Below, piece after piece: positions 8,341 through 19,280 of a stretch of DNA of 64,000 nucleotides. The stretch is from a virus. Within the stretch, counting starts at the first letter, position 1. Every line of letters begins with the position of its first letter. The notes under the pieces were generated by a model. It saw only the letters and a program-made list of their open reading frames with translations. It did not search any database and was not told the origin of the DNA. A program made the translations under genes and the position numbers. The DNA lies in IMG/VR virus record IMGVR_UViG_3300013233_000246, positions 1 through 64,000 of that record; one strand, given 5' to 3'.

Positions 8341-11300
8341 ATGTCATCCTTTGAAAGCATCCAAGATGCCGCTTTTGCGCTAAAGGCAGAAGGGCAAGAA
8401 ATAAAAATTAAGCTAAAAAAAGGCGTTCCTGCCACCGGGCAAGCGACTGTAGAATGGACTATCCCTAAGCCAGCTCAGGGATGTGAATCATCTGATACGG
8501 GCGCGTATGCTGGTATTTTAATACTAATTTCACCAGAACCAATGACAGGTGCTAATGTACCACAAGACGGAACAGTATATGTCGCCGACCCTACTGCTGA
8601 TTACGATTTATCAACTGCTGATAAAATAGGTAACGCTTATGTTGTTGGTGCTTTTTATGAATGTGAAGAAAAAGCACGCGGTGAATCCTTAACAACATCA
8701 TTAGTTATAAGTGATATGAATGCAGGTGAAGTTTATTATGTTGCTGGTTATGCTTTGGATTGTCAGAATAGATATCATTCTGATGGTATACGTGCATATT
8801 CAGATAGATTTGGTTCTAAGACAGGGAGCGACCTTGCCGCAAAACAAATTATTGATCTCGGTGAAGCTGGCGCGGGCGTATTACCGACAGATGGCACGGG
8901 ACTTATCCCTGGTGTGAATTATGAATTTGATGTCATCTACGACAATACTTTCCCTGATGGTACGGACTTTAAAACAATACCAGTTAACATTGATGGTATT
9001 AATGGTGGCACATATGAAAATCTTTTAATTGAGATTCGCGATGCAATAGCCCTTGCAAATAATCCAACACAATCACCAATCGCCCCTGGTTCTGGTAGTT
9101 TTTATTGGAACGCAGTAGAAGAACAACTTTATCAATTTGATGGACAATCGTACACTGCAATAGATTCAATAAATGAACCTATCGACCCATCTGTAATCAC
9201 GCCAGGTACGTATTGGTATGAAACAACTACTGGTATTTTATATCGTTTTAATATACCAAGCCCCACAGGATGGAATGTTATACCATTAACCACTAGCGAA
9301 TCAGATCCAACAAATCCTGATTGTGAATCCTATTGGTTTGATGGTGTTATTGGTAGGCAGTGGAACGGATCAACGTGGTGTGAAACACCTACAACAATTT
9401 CTATTACAGATCCGAGTGATTGTCCAATATTAGCATGTGGTACTTATTGGTTTGATGAAATCAATAGTATATTAAAGGTATGGAATGAAGTTGGCACAAC
9501 ATGGGATGTAACTACTGCTATTTTTTGGGATGAAGCGCCCAACAATATTTCAAATGGTACTTATTGGTTTGATGATGTTGTTGGAAAGTTATTCATCCGA
9601 AATGCTGGAATGTGGGTAGATATAACAATCACCACAAAAATTCAAACAATTGAACCATCGCCAAAAGTAGATGGTATGTTGTGGTATAATCCAGAAACGG
9701 AAGAACTTAAACGATACGTTTTGGCAATATCAGATTGGGTAGATGAGAAAGTTTTGGTTTGGTCTGAAGATCCAACCAATATTGAATCTTGTGATTTGTG
9801 GTGGAACTCTGTAAATGATAAGCTTTATACATGGGATTCAGCAAACAATGAATGGGATGAAGTAGCTGTCTTTATACAAAGTGCAATTGACCCATCAAAC
9901 GCAGCTATTATTGGTATTGGTGATTTGTGGTATAATCCAACAATATCTAAACTATTTAAATGGGATGGTAGTATTTGGGTTGAAGTTAATCATATTTCAA
10001 AAGCTACTGACCCTCGTGTAATAGCTTTGGGTGATTCTTGGTATATGCCATCAACAAATAAATGGTTTGTTTGGGACACACCAAATGCTGGCTGGAATGA
10101 AATAAATCCAATTGATTCTGAGTTTGATCCTACAAGTATTCCAAGCGGAACTTATTGGTATGATACATTAAATAATGCATTGTTTGTTCGTAATGGTGTT
10201 GTGTGGGAAACTGTTTTATTTTCAACACAACCATTTGTCCCAATGCGTGGAGAACAATGGTATGATTCTTTAAATAGAATTTTATATGAATGGACTGGAA
10301 CAATGTGGGAAGAAGCAATCCCTGTTGCAATGGTCAATTTTAATTCAAAAGGTGGTATAACTTTCACATCTTCTGAAGCAGGCAGTCACGCAGTAGTTAT
10401 TATTCCAGCTCCAGAAGGAAATGTTTCTAACTTTACACCATGTTCTATAGGAACTGGTTTTGCATTTCAAGGAGTGGATGATATAGGTGCTGCACAATGT
10501 CAGTTCAATAACAAATCAAATATTGGTAGGATATACACAGCACGTGATATTCCAAATAATTCATATTTGTGGAGTAATTTATCATTTCCAGGTGGTGTAT
10601 TATTACCAGAAGGAGGGAACGATGGTCAATCAGGTGTACCTTCTTATCTTGAAGTTGGGGTTGGTACGGATGGTTCACCCGATGAACGCCGTGAACTTAT
10701 GGATAGTATTCGTAGGCAATTAGGACATCCAACAGTAACAGTAGAATTAGATAATGTACAATTGGATACTTGTGTCAACATCGCATTGGAAACATTTAGA
10801 CAACGTGCAGCCGCTGCCACAAGACGTGGATTCTTTTTTATGGATATTGAACCAGGAAAACAACAATATCTTATGACAAATAAAGTAATCGGTTATAATA
10901 GAATCGTAACTGTAATGTCTGCATATAGATTTACGTCTGCGTTTTTATCATCTGCACACGGTGCTGGCGCATACGGTCAGATTGTATTACAACATTTATA
11001 TAATATGGGAACGTATGATTTAACGTCTTTCCATTTGGTTAGTCAATATGTTGAGCAATTGGAAATGTTATTTGCTACACGATTAACATACGGTTTTCAT
11101 GAACACAACAGAATATTATCTTTTTATCATGCGTTTACAAGAACAGAGAAAGTTCTTTTGGATTGTATGGTGGAAAGAACAGAACAAGATTTACTCAAAG
11201 ATAGATATAGTAAAATGTGGATAGAACGGTATGCATTGTCGGAGGCTATGATGATGTTATCACATATTCGTGGTAAGTTTGCCTCATTGCCGGGAGCAGG

Positions 11301-11439
11301 CGGTGGTGTTTCTTTGAATGCCGCAGAATTAGTAACATTGGGTCAATCTTATCGTGAGGATTGCTTATTACAATTAGATGAATTTGTAGCTGATACACCA
11401 GAAGATGTAGGCCTACATAGTACATTCATATTAGGATAA
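8341..11439 (+). CDS. gp13: Neck protein (gp13-like) with large N-terminal extension of Trp-rich repeats
   Basis: C-terminal ~250 aa: RRQLGHPTVTVELDNVQLD..IRGKFASLPGAGGGVSLNA; about 11 GxxWYD..L..W.G..W repeats upstream. Confidence 0.85.
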   Translation: MSSFESIQDAAFALKAEGQEIKIKLKKGVPATGQATVEWTIPKPAQGCESSDTGAYAGILILISPEPMTGANVPQDGTVYVADPTADYDLSTADKIGNAYVVGAFYECEEKARGESLTTSLVISDMNAGEVYYVAGYALDCQNRYHSDGIRAYSDRFGSKTGSDLAAKQIIDLGEAGAGVLPTDGTGLIPGVNYEFDVIYDNTFPDGTDFKTIPVNIDGINGGTYENLLIEIRDAIALANNPTQSPIAPGSGSFYWNAVEEQLYQFDGQSYTAIDSINEPIDPSVITPGTYWYETTTGILYRFNIPSPTGWNVIPLTTSESDPTNPDCESYWFDGVIGRQWNGSTWCETPTTISITDPSDCPILACGTYWFDEINSILKVWNEVGTTWDVTTAIFWDEAPNNISNGTYWFDDVVGKLFIRNAGMWVDITITTKIQTIEPSPKVDGMLWYNPETEELKRYVLAISDWVDEKVLVWSEDPTNIESCDLWWNSVNDKLYTWDSANNEWDEVAVFIQSAIDPSNAAIIGIGDLWYNPTISKLFKWDGSIWVEVNHISKATDPRVIALGDSWYMPSTNKWFVWDTPNAGWNEINPIDSEFDPTSIPSGTYWYDTLNNALFVRNGVVWETVLFSTQPFVPMRGEQWYDSLNRILYEWTGTMWEEAIPVAMVNFNSKGGITFTSSEAGSHAVVIIPAPEGNVSNFTPCSIGTGFAFQGVDDIGAAQCQFNNKSNIGRIYTARDIPNNSYLWSNLSFPGGVLLPEGGNDGQSGVPSYLEVGVGTDGSPDERRELMDSIRRQLGHPTVTVELDNVQLDTCVNIALETFRQRAAAATRRGFFFMDIEPGKQQYLMTNKVIGYNRIVTVMSAYRFTSAFLSSAHGAGAYGQIVLQHLYNMGTYDLTSFHLVSQYVEQLEMLFATRLTYGFHEHNRILSFYHAFTRTEKVLLDCMVERTEQDLLKDRYSKMWIERYALSEAMMMLSHIRGKFASLPGAGGGVSLNAAELVTLGQSYREDCLLQLDEFVADTPEDVGLHSTFILG

Positions 11440-11455
11440 ATTAAAGGAGAAAAAA

Positions 11456-12172
11456 ATGTCCATATTAAAAAAAGTATTAAATGAACTGAGTCCTTATGGT
11501 GAAATGGGTTTGCCCACAGGTCAGGGTTCGCAAGGAATTGGAAATGAAGATTCACAACAAAAAAACACCAAACTTACTGCGGCGTATAAGCTACAGAAAT
11601 TGGCACAAAATCATCAGACTGATATGCAGGGAAATGCACCACAAAGTTTAAATGATAGACTTCGGCACCATACCCGTGCGGAAGAAGAAGAAAATGATAT
11701 GAATTATGATATGGGTGGTGGCGAAGATTATCCATCTGATGAAGAAATGGGCGGCATGGAAGATGAAATAAACCAAACATCAATGAATGATATGAGTATG
11801 GACGACATGGGCATGGATGTTGGTGAGGATGGTGTAGATATAGAAGAAGTTAAAAACTTTTTTACTGACAATCCATCACCAACAGATGAAGAAATTGCAC
11901 AATATGCAGGTGAGCGGGGAATTGAAATGGATCAATTGCGCCAAGAAGTCTATGCACTAATTCAATCACTACTGGATGCTGCTAAAGGTGATGAAGAAAT
12001 GGGCATGGATGATACCCAAGGCATGGATGACATGGACGGTATGAGTAGTGATGATGACATGTCAGCTGACGAAGAAGATATGGGTGATGAACAGAGTGGT
12101 CTTAATACTAAGTTTGATTTTTCCTCTGGCATTGACGACGATGAATTTGAAATTAGATCTAAACTGAGATAA
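11456..12172 (+). CDS. Acidic Met/Asp-rich protein, probable prohead core/internal protein
   Basis: AGGAG RBS; low-complexity DDMGM repeats around a small helical domain. Confidence 0.6.
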   Translation: MSILKKVLNELSPYGEMGLPTGQGSQGIGNEDSQQKNTKLTAAYKLQKLAQNHQTDMQGNAPQSLNDRLRHHTRAEEEENDMNYDMGGGEDYPSDEEMGGMEDEINQTSMNDMSMDDMGMDVGEDGVDIEEVKNFFTDNPSPTDEEIAQYAGERGIEMDQLRQEVYALIQSLLDAAKGDEEMGMDDTQGMDDMDGMSSDDDMSADEEDMGDEQSGLNTKFDFSSGIDDDEFEIRSKLR

Positions 12173-12174
12173 AA

Positions 12175-12738
12175 ATGCTTTTACGTGAAATACATGTTGA
12201 TAATTTTAAGATGGCGATGGGAACATTGTATGAAGAATGGCAACAACATGTAGACCATACACGATCATCTCGGTTTGTTCCGAAGGAGTATGATGATATG
12301 GAAGGCGGTGCGTTTTGGATAAACGCATATACTAATGACATTCTACAAGGACAGTTGTCGCATGTGGAAATGATCCGACAAAACCCAAAAGTTTTTGGGT
12401 TAACGGATGACGGTATGCCTGTTGGAGATTTAGAAGACTTTGGAATAGATGACCCTGAGTATGAAGCATGGTTGAATAAAAACGACCCCAACACTAGCAA
12501 GATGAAGTATGGTGTTTTTATGGATGGGTGGATTCGTGGTTCTTATGAACAAGATGATTACTTTGAAGTAACAGGAATAAGTCCTGTTATAAAAAAGGCA
12601 TCTGATAAATTAATGGAAATTATAAATTCTGTTAATCCAAAAAAAGTAGTTATTGAAATAATGGATGAAGGAACATATAAAAATACGTTCACATTGCCGG
12701 AAGATAAAGATAAATTAAAAGGATTTATAAGTAAATGA
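12175..12738 (+). CDS. Hypothetical protein (leader MLLREI)
   Basis: Tightly coupled ORF within the neck operon. Confidence 0.65.
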   Translation: MLLREIHVDNFKMAMGTLYEEWQQHVDHTRSSRFVPKEYDDMEGGAFWINAYTNDILQGQLSHVEMIRQNPKVFGLTDDGMPVGDLEDFGIDDPEYEAWLNKNDPNTSKMKYGVFMDGWIRGSYEQDDYFEVTGISPVIKKASDKLMEIINSVNPKKVVIEIMDEGTYKNTFTLPEDKDKLKGFISK

Positions 12739-14429
12739 AAGAATGCAACGGCTTCGCTGATTCGTGTACGGGAACAGTAGGACCCAAATTTGACAACCCT
12801 ACAGATGCCCCGAACGGTGGTGCACCTTGTGGCACAAGTCTTGTGTCCGACAGAGATATCTCTGCTGGTTCAATAAAGTGTAGTGGGTTTAGTTTACAAA
12901 ATAATAATGCTAATGATTTCATAGAAGATGTCGTTGAAGAAGCTTTAAATATAGGCGGCGCTGATTTAAATATCTATAAGCTTTTGGGTGTACACGAACA
13001 AGGAAAATTAGTTGATTGTACAGGTAGAGGAAACCCTATTTCAAATGGTGATGCCGCCAATTTTCCAGCTTCAAATGCATTTGATAAATTTATAACGGAA
13101 TGGCGTTCAGTGCAAAAGGGAGCAGGTGTAATTCCATCTGCGTATATTGGTTATGACTTTGGTAATATAAAAACAAACGATGATTCCAGACCTTCATATG
13201 GTGTAGAAACCAGCATATTTAAACACATTGCTACTATAGCTATCAAACAAAGCACAAATTCTAATAGTAGAGTAACCCGTGCCCGCATAGAACGTTCTGA
13301 TGATGGTAAAAAATGGTATGGTGTATCTGTAGTAAATTTTCCAGATGATGATTGTCTTAATACTATACAATTTAAACACTCTGTGCCATCGAGATATTGG
13401 CGAATACGACCAATAGACTTCGCAGGTACAACAACTAACGACTCGTGGTCTGTTGTAGCTATACAAATGTTTCACAATTATATTGCTACAGAAATTAACA
13501 ATATTCAAGATAAGGTATTATTGGAAAATCGTGATAGGGACTATGCTGACGAAAATATAACAATAAAAGGTTATTATGATTTAACGGATGTACCAACAGA
13601 ATTGTCTGCATTTGGTATAGAATTACCATCACTAACAATGTATATGACTGTAAGTTTTTCTGCGTGTGTTAAGTTGTTAGGTCGCCCCTTGGTAATTGGT
13701 GATATAATGGAGATACCAAGTGAAGCTCAATATTCCGCCGAGTTGAAAAAAATACTTAAATGGATGGAAGTAACTGATGTGTCATGGTCACCAGAAGGAT
13801 ATACCCCAGGTTGGCGACCAACATTGCTTCGTATAGTAGCACAACCGGCATATGCAACTCAAGAAACCCAAGACATATTTGGTGATTTAGATGAAGCATT
13901 GCCAGATGAATTAGGTACTGTTAAAGGTGGTGATGGTAATAGCCCAATATATCAGGATTATTTTGCTGTTAGTCAAACATTGGAAGCTGAAGCAAAAGAT
14001 GCCGTACCTGAACGTGGTGCAGAGGCATCCAGTCATGTTCGCCAATTTGAACAAGATGAAATTGATACAGCGGCTGAACAAGGTGTTGATATAACTAAAA
14101 TAGGTTTAAACCCTCGCGGATTATATGTGGAAGATGCTATGCCACCAAACAATGCACCGTTTACAGAAGATACTGATTTTCCTAATAGTCCAAAGCATGG
14201 TGATTATCATAGGATGACATATGCGGGACTTTCAAAGGATATACCAGCACGGCTTTATCGTTACTCTGAATCTAAAGGAAGATGGATATATTTGGAAACA
14301 GACTTACGTGCACAATATAATCCAGCCAAACCAATTTTAAAAGAATTTATAACATCACCAAATGCAGTTGATGAAGACTCTATAACACAAACCCGCGAAA
14401 GAATCAGCGATAATTGTGAGGAAAATTGA
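12735..14429 (+). CDS. gp14: Neck protein (gp14-like) with inserted discoidin/F5-8-like domain
   Basis: VEEALNIGG..IQDKVLLENRDRDY..LSAFGI..GRPLVIGDIMEIP; insertion NAFD..WRS..IGYDFG..ERSDDGKKW..RYWRI. Confidence 0.75.
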   Translation: MKECNGFADSCTGTVGPKFDNPTDAPNGGAPCGTSLVSDRDISAGSIKCSGFSLQNNNANDFIEDVVEEALNIGGADLNIYKLLGVHEQGKLVDCTGRGNPISNGDAANFPASNAFDKFITEWRSVQKGAGVIPSAYIGYDFGNIKTNDDSRPSYGVETSIFKHIATIAIKQSTNSNSRVTRARIERSDDGKKWYGVSVVNFPDDDCLNTIQFKHSVPSRYWRIRPIDFAGTTTNDSWSVVAIQMFHNYIATEINNIQDKVLLENRDRDYADENITIKGYYDLTDVPTELSAFGIELPSLTMYMTVSFSACVKLLGRPLVIGDIMEIPSEAQYSAELKKILKWMEVTDVSWSPEGYTPGWRPTLLRIVAQPAYATQETQDIFGDLDEALPDELGTVKGGDGNSPIYQDYFAVSQTLEAEAKDAVPERGAEASSHVRQFEQDEIDTAAEQGVDITKIGLNPRGLYVEDAMPPNNAPFTEDTDFPNSPKHGDYHRMTYAGLSKDIPARLYRYSESKGRWIYLETDLRAQYNPAKPILKEFITSPNAVDEDSITQTRERISDNCEEN

Positions 14430-15199
14430 TGGCTACTACAATTCTAAATGACTATTATTATGATGAACAGTTTCGCTCATATATAGTGCAATTTGCCGCA
14501 GTTTTTGCTGGCATTAAAGTAATGATTGGTCAAAATGAAGATACAAAACCAAAACTTATAACAGTGCCAATTAAAAATGCAAGCTCTGATAGGGTAGTTG
14601 GTTCTATTATAGGTGAGCAATCACAAAACAAACCACTACGTATACCTATAATGTCATTTCAGCTTGTTGGGATAGATCAAGCCCCAGAGCGAAGAAAGGG
14701 TATTGGATTTGTTAAACGAAATACTTATATGCCAACAGGTGGAAGCTTTCCTGATGATATGACAGTTGTAGAACAGCGTCAACCAGTGCCATATAAAATG
14801 CAGTTTGAATTAGCTATATGGACAAGTAATCAAGATCAACATTATCAAATAGTAGAACAGATATTGACATTGTTTAATCCAATATTGCAGTTACAGACAT
14901 CAGATGAATTGTTTGATACTACGAGAATAACATCCATGGAATTAATTGATGTTAGGCTTGAAGAGAATGTACCACAAGGTACAGATAGAAGATTGATACA
15001 AACAAGGATGGGATTTGTAGTGGATTTATATTTATCTACTGCTGCTATCACTCACAATAACTATGTTAAGGATATATATGTACGAATTGGTGCAATCGGA
15101 ACAAATAGTACAAATTCTTATAATATTATATCGGATCTGGATGCACAGGGAGAAGAATACGAGAAAGTATTCACAACTGATGATATAGATGTAACCTAA
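14429..15199 (+). CDS. gp15: Tail sheath stabilizer / tail completion protein
   Basis: YYYDEQFRSYIVQFAAVF, PVPY, QIVEQILTLFNP. Confidence 0.88.
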   Translation: MATTILNDYYYDEQFRSYIVQFAAVFAGIKVMIGQNEDTKPKLITVPIKNASSDRVVGSIIGEQSQNKPLRIPIMSFQLVGIDQAPERRKGIGFVKRNTYMPTGGSFPDDMTVVEQRQPVPYKMQFELAIWTSNQDQHYQIVEQILTLFNPILQLQTSDELFDTTRITSMELIDVRLEENVPQGTDRRLIQTRMGFVVDLYLSTAAITHNNYVKDIYVRIGAIGTNSTNSYNIISDLDAQGEEYEKVFTTDDIDVT

Positions 15200-15230
15200 T
15201 AGCTTAAATTTGTTTGTTTTTGGGATATGT

Positions 15231-15238
15231 TATAAATA
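15231..15238 (+). promoter_or_regulatory. Late promoter TATAAATA
   Basis: Perfect consensus upstream of the sheath gene. Confidence 0.75.
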
Positions 15239-15288
15239 CTAATAACCACATACGTGGAAGGATTTTAAATGGTTAAGGAGAACTAACT

Positions 15289-17064
15289 ATGGCAACTTTG
15301 GTAAGCGCAGGTGTAAGTGTAACGGTAACAGATGAAAGTTTCTTCATCCCTGTATCTGCACCCACCGTACCTTTATTTTTTATTGCTACACAAGACGAAA
15401 AATTACAATCTGATGGCTTGACGCCAGCATCTGGCACATTTGAACATGGTGTTATACGAACAGTAACAAGTCTTCAGCAAAGTACAGAACTTTATGGTAT
15501 TCCAAGCTTCTTAGAAGATGCTGGAAGCGGTGCTCCTCACCATGGTGATGCACGAAATGAATATGGTGTATTTGCATTAAATCAATATTTGGGTCTTGGA
15601 AACAAGGCATATGTTATTCGTGCAAATGTAAATCTTAATGATAATTTGACAGATCTTCGTACTTTATGGGATACAAAATTTGCAGAAGCAAAAATTGTCC
15701 TTGAAAATCTTATTCAAAATTTTATCAATGAAAAAGATGCAATTGGTACTGGTTCACCAGCAGTTCCAAATCCACCAGGTACTACAACAACAGTAACAGC
15801 AGCAGAATTGCAATCATTGGCAAACACTGCAACGCAAGATTTATTTAATTCGTCTTCTTTTACTAATATTGAAACCGACTTTTTTGGTTCTATAATAATT
15901 GCTTCAGCATTGAACGTTTATGGTTCTGGTTATAACTTACCACCAACAGGTGTTTATGATAGTTTTAATTTTATTTCTGCTAACATTGCATTACCAGCAT
16001 ACGCTTCATATCCAGGTGGTGGTACAGTAGCGGGTGAATTTACACCACAAGAAGGCGGAGATTTCTTAGTTGCGACTGGCGATGATATGAAATTTACACT
16101 AGAATTCTTGAATGGTACCAGTCTCGGAGCAAATGATGCGGCTCGTCGTAATTCAATCGTTACTGCATTACAAGCGGCAGTTAACAGCAATACTGGTATT
16201 CGCGCCGAATCTTTTGATTACAACCTAATTACATGTCCTGGTTATCCAGAAGTGGCAGATGAACTTCTAACACTTGTTGCTGATATGCAGGATGAAGCTA
16301 TGGTAATATCAGACACACCGATGAACTTGGATGTTGATGGTATTACAAACCCATCTACTGGTTGGGCAGCAAGTACTGCTCGTCAACGCAGTAACCATAT
16401 AGCATACTATTATCCATCAGCTCAAGCATCCAATTTGGATGGTAAGAATGTGGTTTGTGCAGCATCGGGTGTAGCACTTAGAACTTATACATTCAGTGAT
16501 AACGTTTCATTCTTGTGGTTCGCACCAGCAGGAATACGTCGTGGACTGATTTCGGGCGTTTCAGATCTTGGTTACGTTACGGGGGCACTTGGTACACCAA
16601 CAACATTTGAGCCATTGGCACTTAATCCCGGTGAACGCGATGCGCTGTATCAATATGCAGCTGGTAGTGATATAAATCCATTAGTATTTTTCCCAGGTCA
16701 GGGTTTTGTTGTTTGGGGGCAGAAGATGTCTACGCCAGCAGCATCAGCACTTGATAGGGTAAACGTTTCTCGATTGGTTAAATATATTAAACGCCAATTA
16801 AGAAAGAATACATTAGCATTCGTTTTTGAACCCAATGACGCATTGACCCGTGATAATCTTAAAGCGGTTGTTGATAATTTCTTGGGTGATTTAATTGTTA
16901 AGCGCGGTTTATATGATTTTGTTACTGTTTGTGATGAAAGCAATAATACACCAGATCGGATTGATAGAAATGAAATGTATATAGATGTTGCAATAAAACC
17001 AGTTAAAGCAGCTGAATTTTTATACATACCAATTCGTGTAGTAGCAACTGGTGCATCAATTTAA
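15289..17064 (+). CDS. gp18: Tail sheath protein
   Basis: LVSAGVSVTVTDES, WFAPAGIRRG, SALDRVNVSRL, FEPND, VCDESNNTPDRIDRN, IKPVKAAEF. Confidence 0.97.
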   Translation: MATLVSAGVSVTVTDESFFIPVSAPTVPLFFIATQDEKLQSDGLTPASGTFEHGVIRTVTSLQQSTELYGIPSFLEDAGSGAPHHGDARNEYGVFALNQYLGLGNKAYVIRANVNLNDNLTDLRTLWDTKFAEAKIVLENLIQNFINEKDAIGTGSPAVPNPPGTTTTVTAAELQSLANTATQDLFNSSSFTNIETDFFGSIIIASALNVYGSGYNLPPTGVYDSFNFISANIALPAYASYPGGGTVAGEFTPQEGGDFLVATGDDMKFTLEFLNGTSLGANDAARRNSIVTALQAAVNSNTGIRAESFDYNLITCPGYPEVADELLTLVADMQDEAMVISDTPMNLDVDGITNPSTGWAASTARQRSNHIAYYYPSAQASNLDGKNVVCAASGVALRTYTFSDNVSFLWFAPAGIRRGLISGVSDLGYVTGALGTPTTFEPLALNPGERDALYQYAAGSDINPLVFFPGQGFVVWGQKMSTPAASALDRVNVSRLVKYIKRQLRKNTLAFVFEPNDALTRDNLKAVVDNFLGDLIVKRGLYDFVTVCDESNNTPDRIDRNEMYIDVAIKPVKAAEFLYIPIRVVATGASI

Positions 17065-17087
17065 TAATACAAGGAAGGAAATAAAAA

Positions 17088-17678
17088 ATGTCTACAATTA
17101 ATGATATGGGAATCCCAGGCGTTGGAAATGGAATTTTACATCCAAAGCAGAAGAACCGTTGGAGAATAACATTTGCTAACCTCGGTGGCGGTGCAGATTC
17201 ACAACCATTAAGTATGCAAGCCATAACTGTTACTCGTCCAATTTTACAGTTTGATGAAATTCAATTAGACCGTTATAATTCGCGTGCATGGATAGCAGGC
17301 AAATATACTTTTGAACCAATCACACTTTCGTTTGAAGATGATGTTAGTGGTACTGCTTCAAGAGTTATTCAGGCACAGTTGCAGAAGCAACAATGGTTAA
17401 TTGGTGCTGAAGGTCAGTGGATGGCAGCAACAGGAGAGGGTTCGCTGTACAAGTTTGTAACATATCTTGATATGTTAGATGGTAACGACCAAGTCACTGA
17501 AAAGTGGACTATTGAAGGTTGTTGGCTACAACAAGTGGATTATACTGATTTGGACGTAGCTTCTGGTGAAGTTGTTCTTATTACAGTTAACTTGCGTTAT
17601 GACCATGCACGACAAGACCTTGAAGGATTTAAATATTCACAAGGTGAAGGTGTCGCTACAGGTGGTTCTGGCGTATAA
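17088..17678 (+). CDS. gp19: Tail tube protein
   Basis: Follows sheath; PKQKNRWR, AGKYTFEPITLSFEDD, WTIEGCW, LRYD. Confidence 0.9.
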   Translation: MSTINDMGIPGVGNGILHPKQKNRWRITFANLGGGADSQPLSMQAITVTRPILQFDEIQLDRYNSRAWIAGKYTFEPITLSFEDDVSGTASRVIQAQLQKQQWLIGAEGQWMAATGEGSLYKFVTYLDMLDGNDQVTEKWTIEGCWLQQVDYTDLDVASGEVVLITVNLRYDHARQDLEGFKYSQGEGVATGGSGV

Positions 17679-17703
17679 CCTTCTATACAGAAGTAAGGTA
17701 CAC

Positions 17704-17730
17704 AAACGGGGACAAAAGTCCCCGTTTTTT
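17704..17730 (+). terminator. Rho-independent terminator
   Basis: AAACGGGGAC-AAAA-GTCCCCGTTT followed by TTT. Confidence 0.88.
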
Positions 17731-17746
17731 CTCATTGATAATAATA

Positions 17747-17754
17747 CATAAATA
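17747..17754 (+). promoter_or_regulatory. Late promoter CATAAATA
   Basis: Late consensus directly after the terminator. Confidence 0.7.
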
Positions 17755-17777
17755 CAACCATAACAGAGGAAGTTAAT

Positions 17778-19280
17778 ATGGCAGCAGATCCACGATTTAA
17801 TTTTATTATTAGTTGTCCTAATGCGGGTAAAAAATCACAAGAAGACGGCTTTAATAGGAAGGAGTTTTTCGGCACTTTGGGAAAAATTGGTGATATTGAA
17901 GCACTTAATCGTATAGGTGGTGGTAAAGTATCACAAGGATTGCGCAGCCTAGCGTCCGCATCAGATGCCATACGTAGTGGTGATACGTCGTCTGCAATAA
18001 TAACAAATGGTGTTTCTGGTGATCAATCGGGTGCTAATGTGGTGCTTGCTGAAGTAGGTATTAACCCACAACAAGCACAGAAAGCAGGTCAATTTAATCC
18101 AGGTGTATTAAACCGTGGTATCGCAGAAGCCGAAAACGTTTTCGAGCAAGTTAAGCAGGGTGATTTCACATTAGAAAAAATACCTGGTTCTTTTCAGAAC
18201 TTACAAAATTTATCAGATTTGGCTGGTGGTGTTTTTACTGAAGAAGCAACAGCCACCCCAATAGAATTGTGTGGTGCTAAACCATATGCTAGAGCCTTGA
18301 TCAACTTCGCACCAAAACACAAATTTATGTTTGTTGTGCAGTTTACATTCAAAGAAGAATATGCAAGGTTTGATGATTCTGGAAGATATATGGCATTTGT
18401 AGTAAAGACATCTTCAAGACCAAATATCAATATAGAACACGAAGATGTTAATATGTATAACTTCTGGTCTAAGGTGGCAAGAAAAACTACATACGAACCA
18501 ATAACTATGCGTTTTCATGATGACCAAGCCAGCAAGACGCAATATTTTATCAATAACTATATACGCGCAATAAGTCCTATTGCAAAAACAAGAACTAAGT
18601 TTGATAACCAAGGCGGAAATTCTAATCATGCGTGGTTAGAAGATCGTGGTATGATAAATGGTACTGATAAAACGGCTTCATTGACAAAACTTAAAGGTGA
18701 CAATACATCAATATTTGATGAAATAAGAGTATTTCACATTTACAATTATGGACAATTGATGTCTGTCAATACATATATAAATCCAAAAATAACATCTATA
18801 AATTTTGATGATTTGGACATGTCAGAGGGTTCTACCGCAAATGAGATAGAAATTCAATTTGCTTATGACGCGTTAAATATAATAGATCTATTTCCTATTA
18901 GGGGAAGCGAGAAGAAAGTTGAAGAGTTGTCTGGTGGTGCCATCGGTCAAGACCTTCATAGTATTGTTCCAGTATTTGAAGTTGGTCCATCAGCAGGCGA
19001 ATCGGCGGGTGGTAATTTTGGTATAGAAGATTCTATCACACCAGCATCCGACACCGACATTGAAGATCCATCTGGTTTAATAGCTGCCGGCTCGGATTTA
19101 ATTGATGGGGCAATTTCAACCGCACAGGATGCAGTTGCTTCAGTACAAGGTGTTGTGAGTGGTGTAGTTTCGACGGCAAATTCTAAGATTGATGCATTGC
19201 AAGCAGAACTTGCAGCGGGCGGCCCCGATAGTGGTAAGACACCTAATGGCTTTGGTAAAATACCCAATGGGTTTGGATAA
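17778..19280 (+). CDS. Tail-tube-fold baseplate protein (gp48/gp54-like)
   Basis: Central tube-like domain KFMFVVQF..VKTSSRP..YEPITMRFHDD..NPKITSINFDDLD..IQFAYD. Confidence 0.65.
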   Translation: MAADPRFNFIISCPNAGKKSQEDGFNRKEFFGTLGKIGDIEALNRIGGGKVSQGLRSLASASDAIRSGDTSSAIITNGVSGDQSGANVVLAEVGINPQQAQKAGQFNPGVLNRGIAEAENVFEQVKQGDFTLEKIPGSFQNLQNLSDLAGGVFTEEATATPIELCGAKPYARALINFAPKHKFMFVVQFTFKEEYARFDDSGRYMAFVVKTSSRPNINIEHEDVNMYNFWSKVARKTTYEPITMRFHDDQASKTQYFINNYIRAISPIAKTRTKFDNQGGNSNHAWLEDRGMINGTDKTASLTKLKGDNTSIFDEIRVFHIYNYGQLMSVNTYINPKITSINFDDLDMSEGSTANEIEIQFAYDALNIIDLFPIRGSEKKVEELSGGAIGQDLHSIVPVFEVGPSAGESAGGNFGIEDSITPASDTDIEDPSGLIAAGSDLIDGAISTAQDAVASVQGVVSGVVSTANSKIDALQAELAAGGPDSGKTPNGFGKIPNGFG

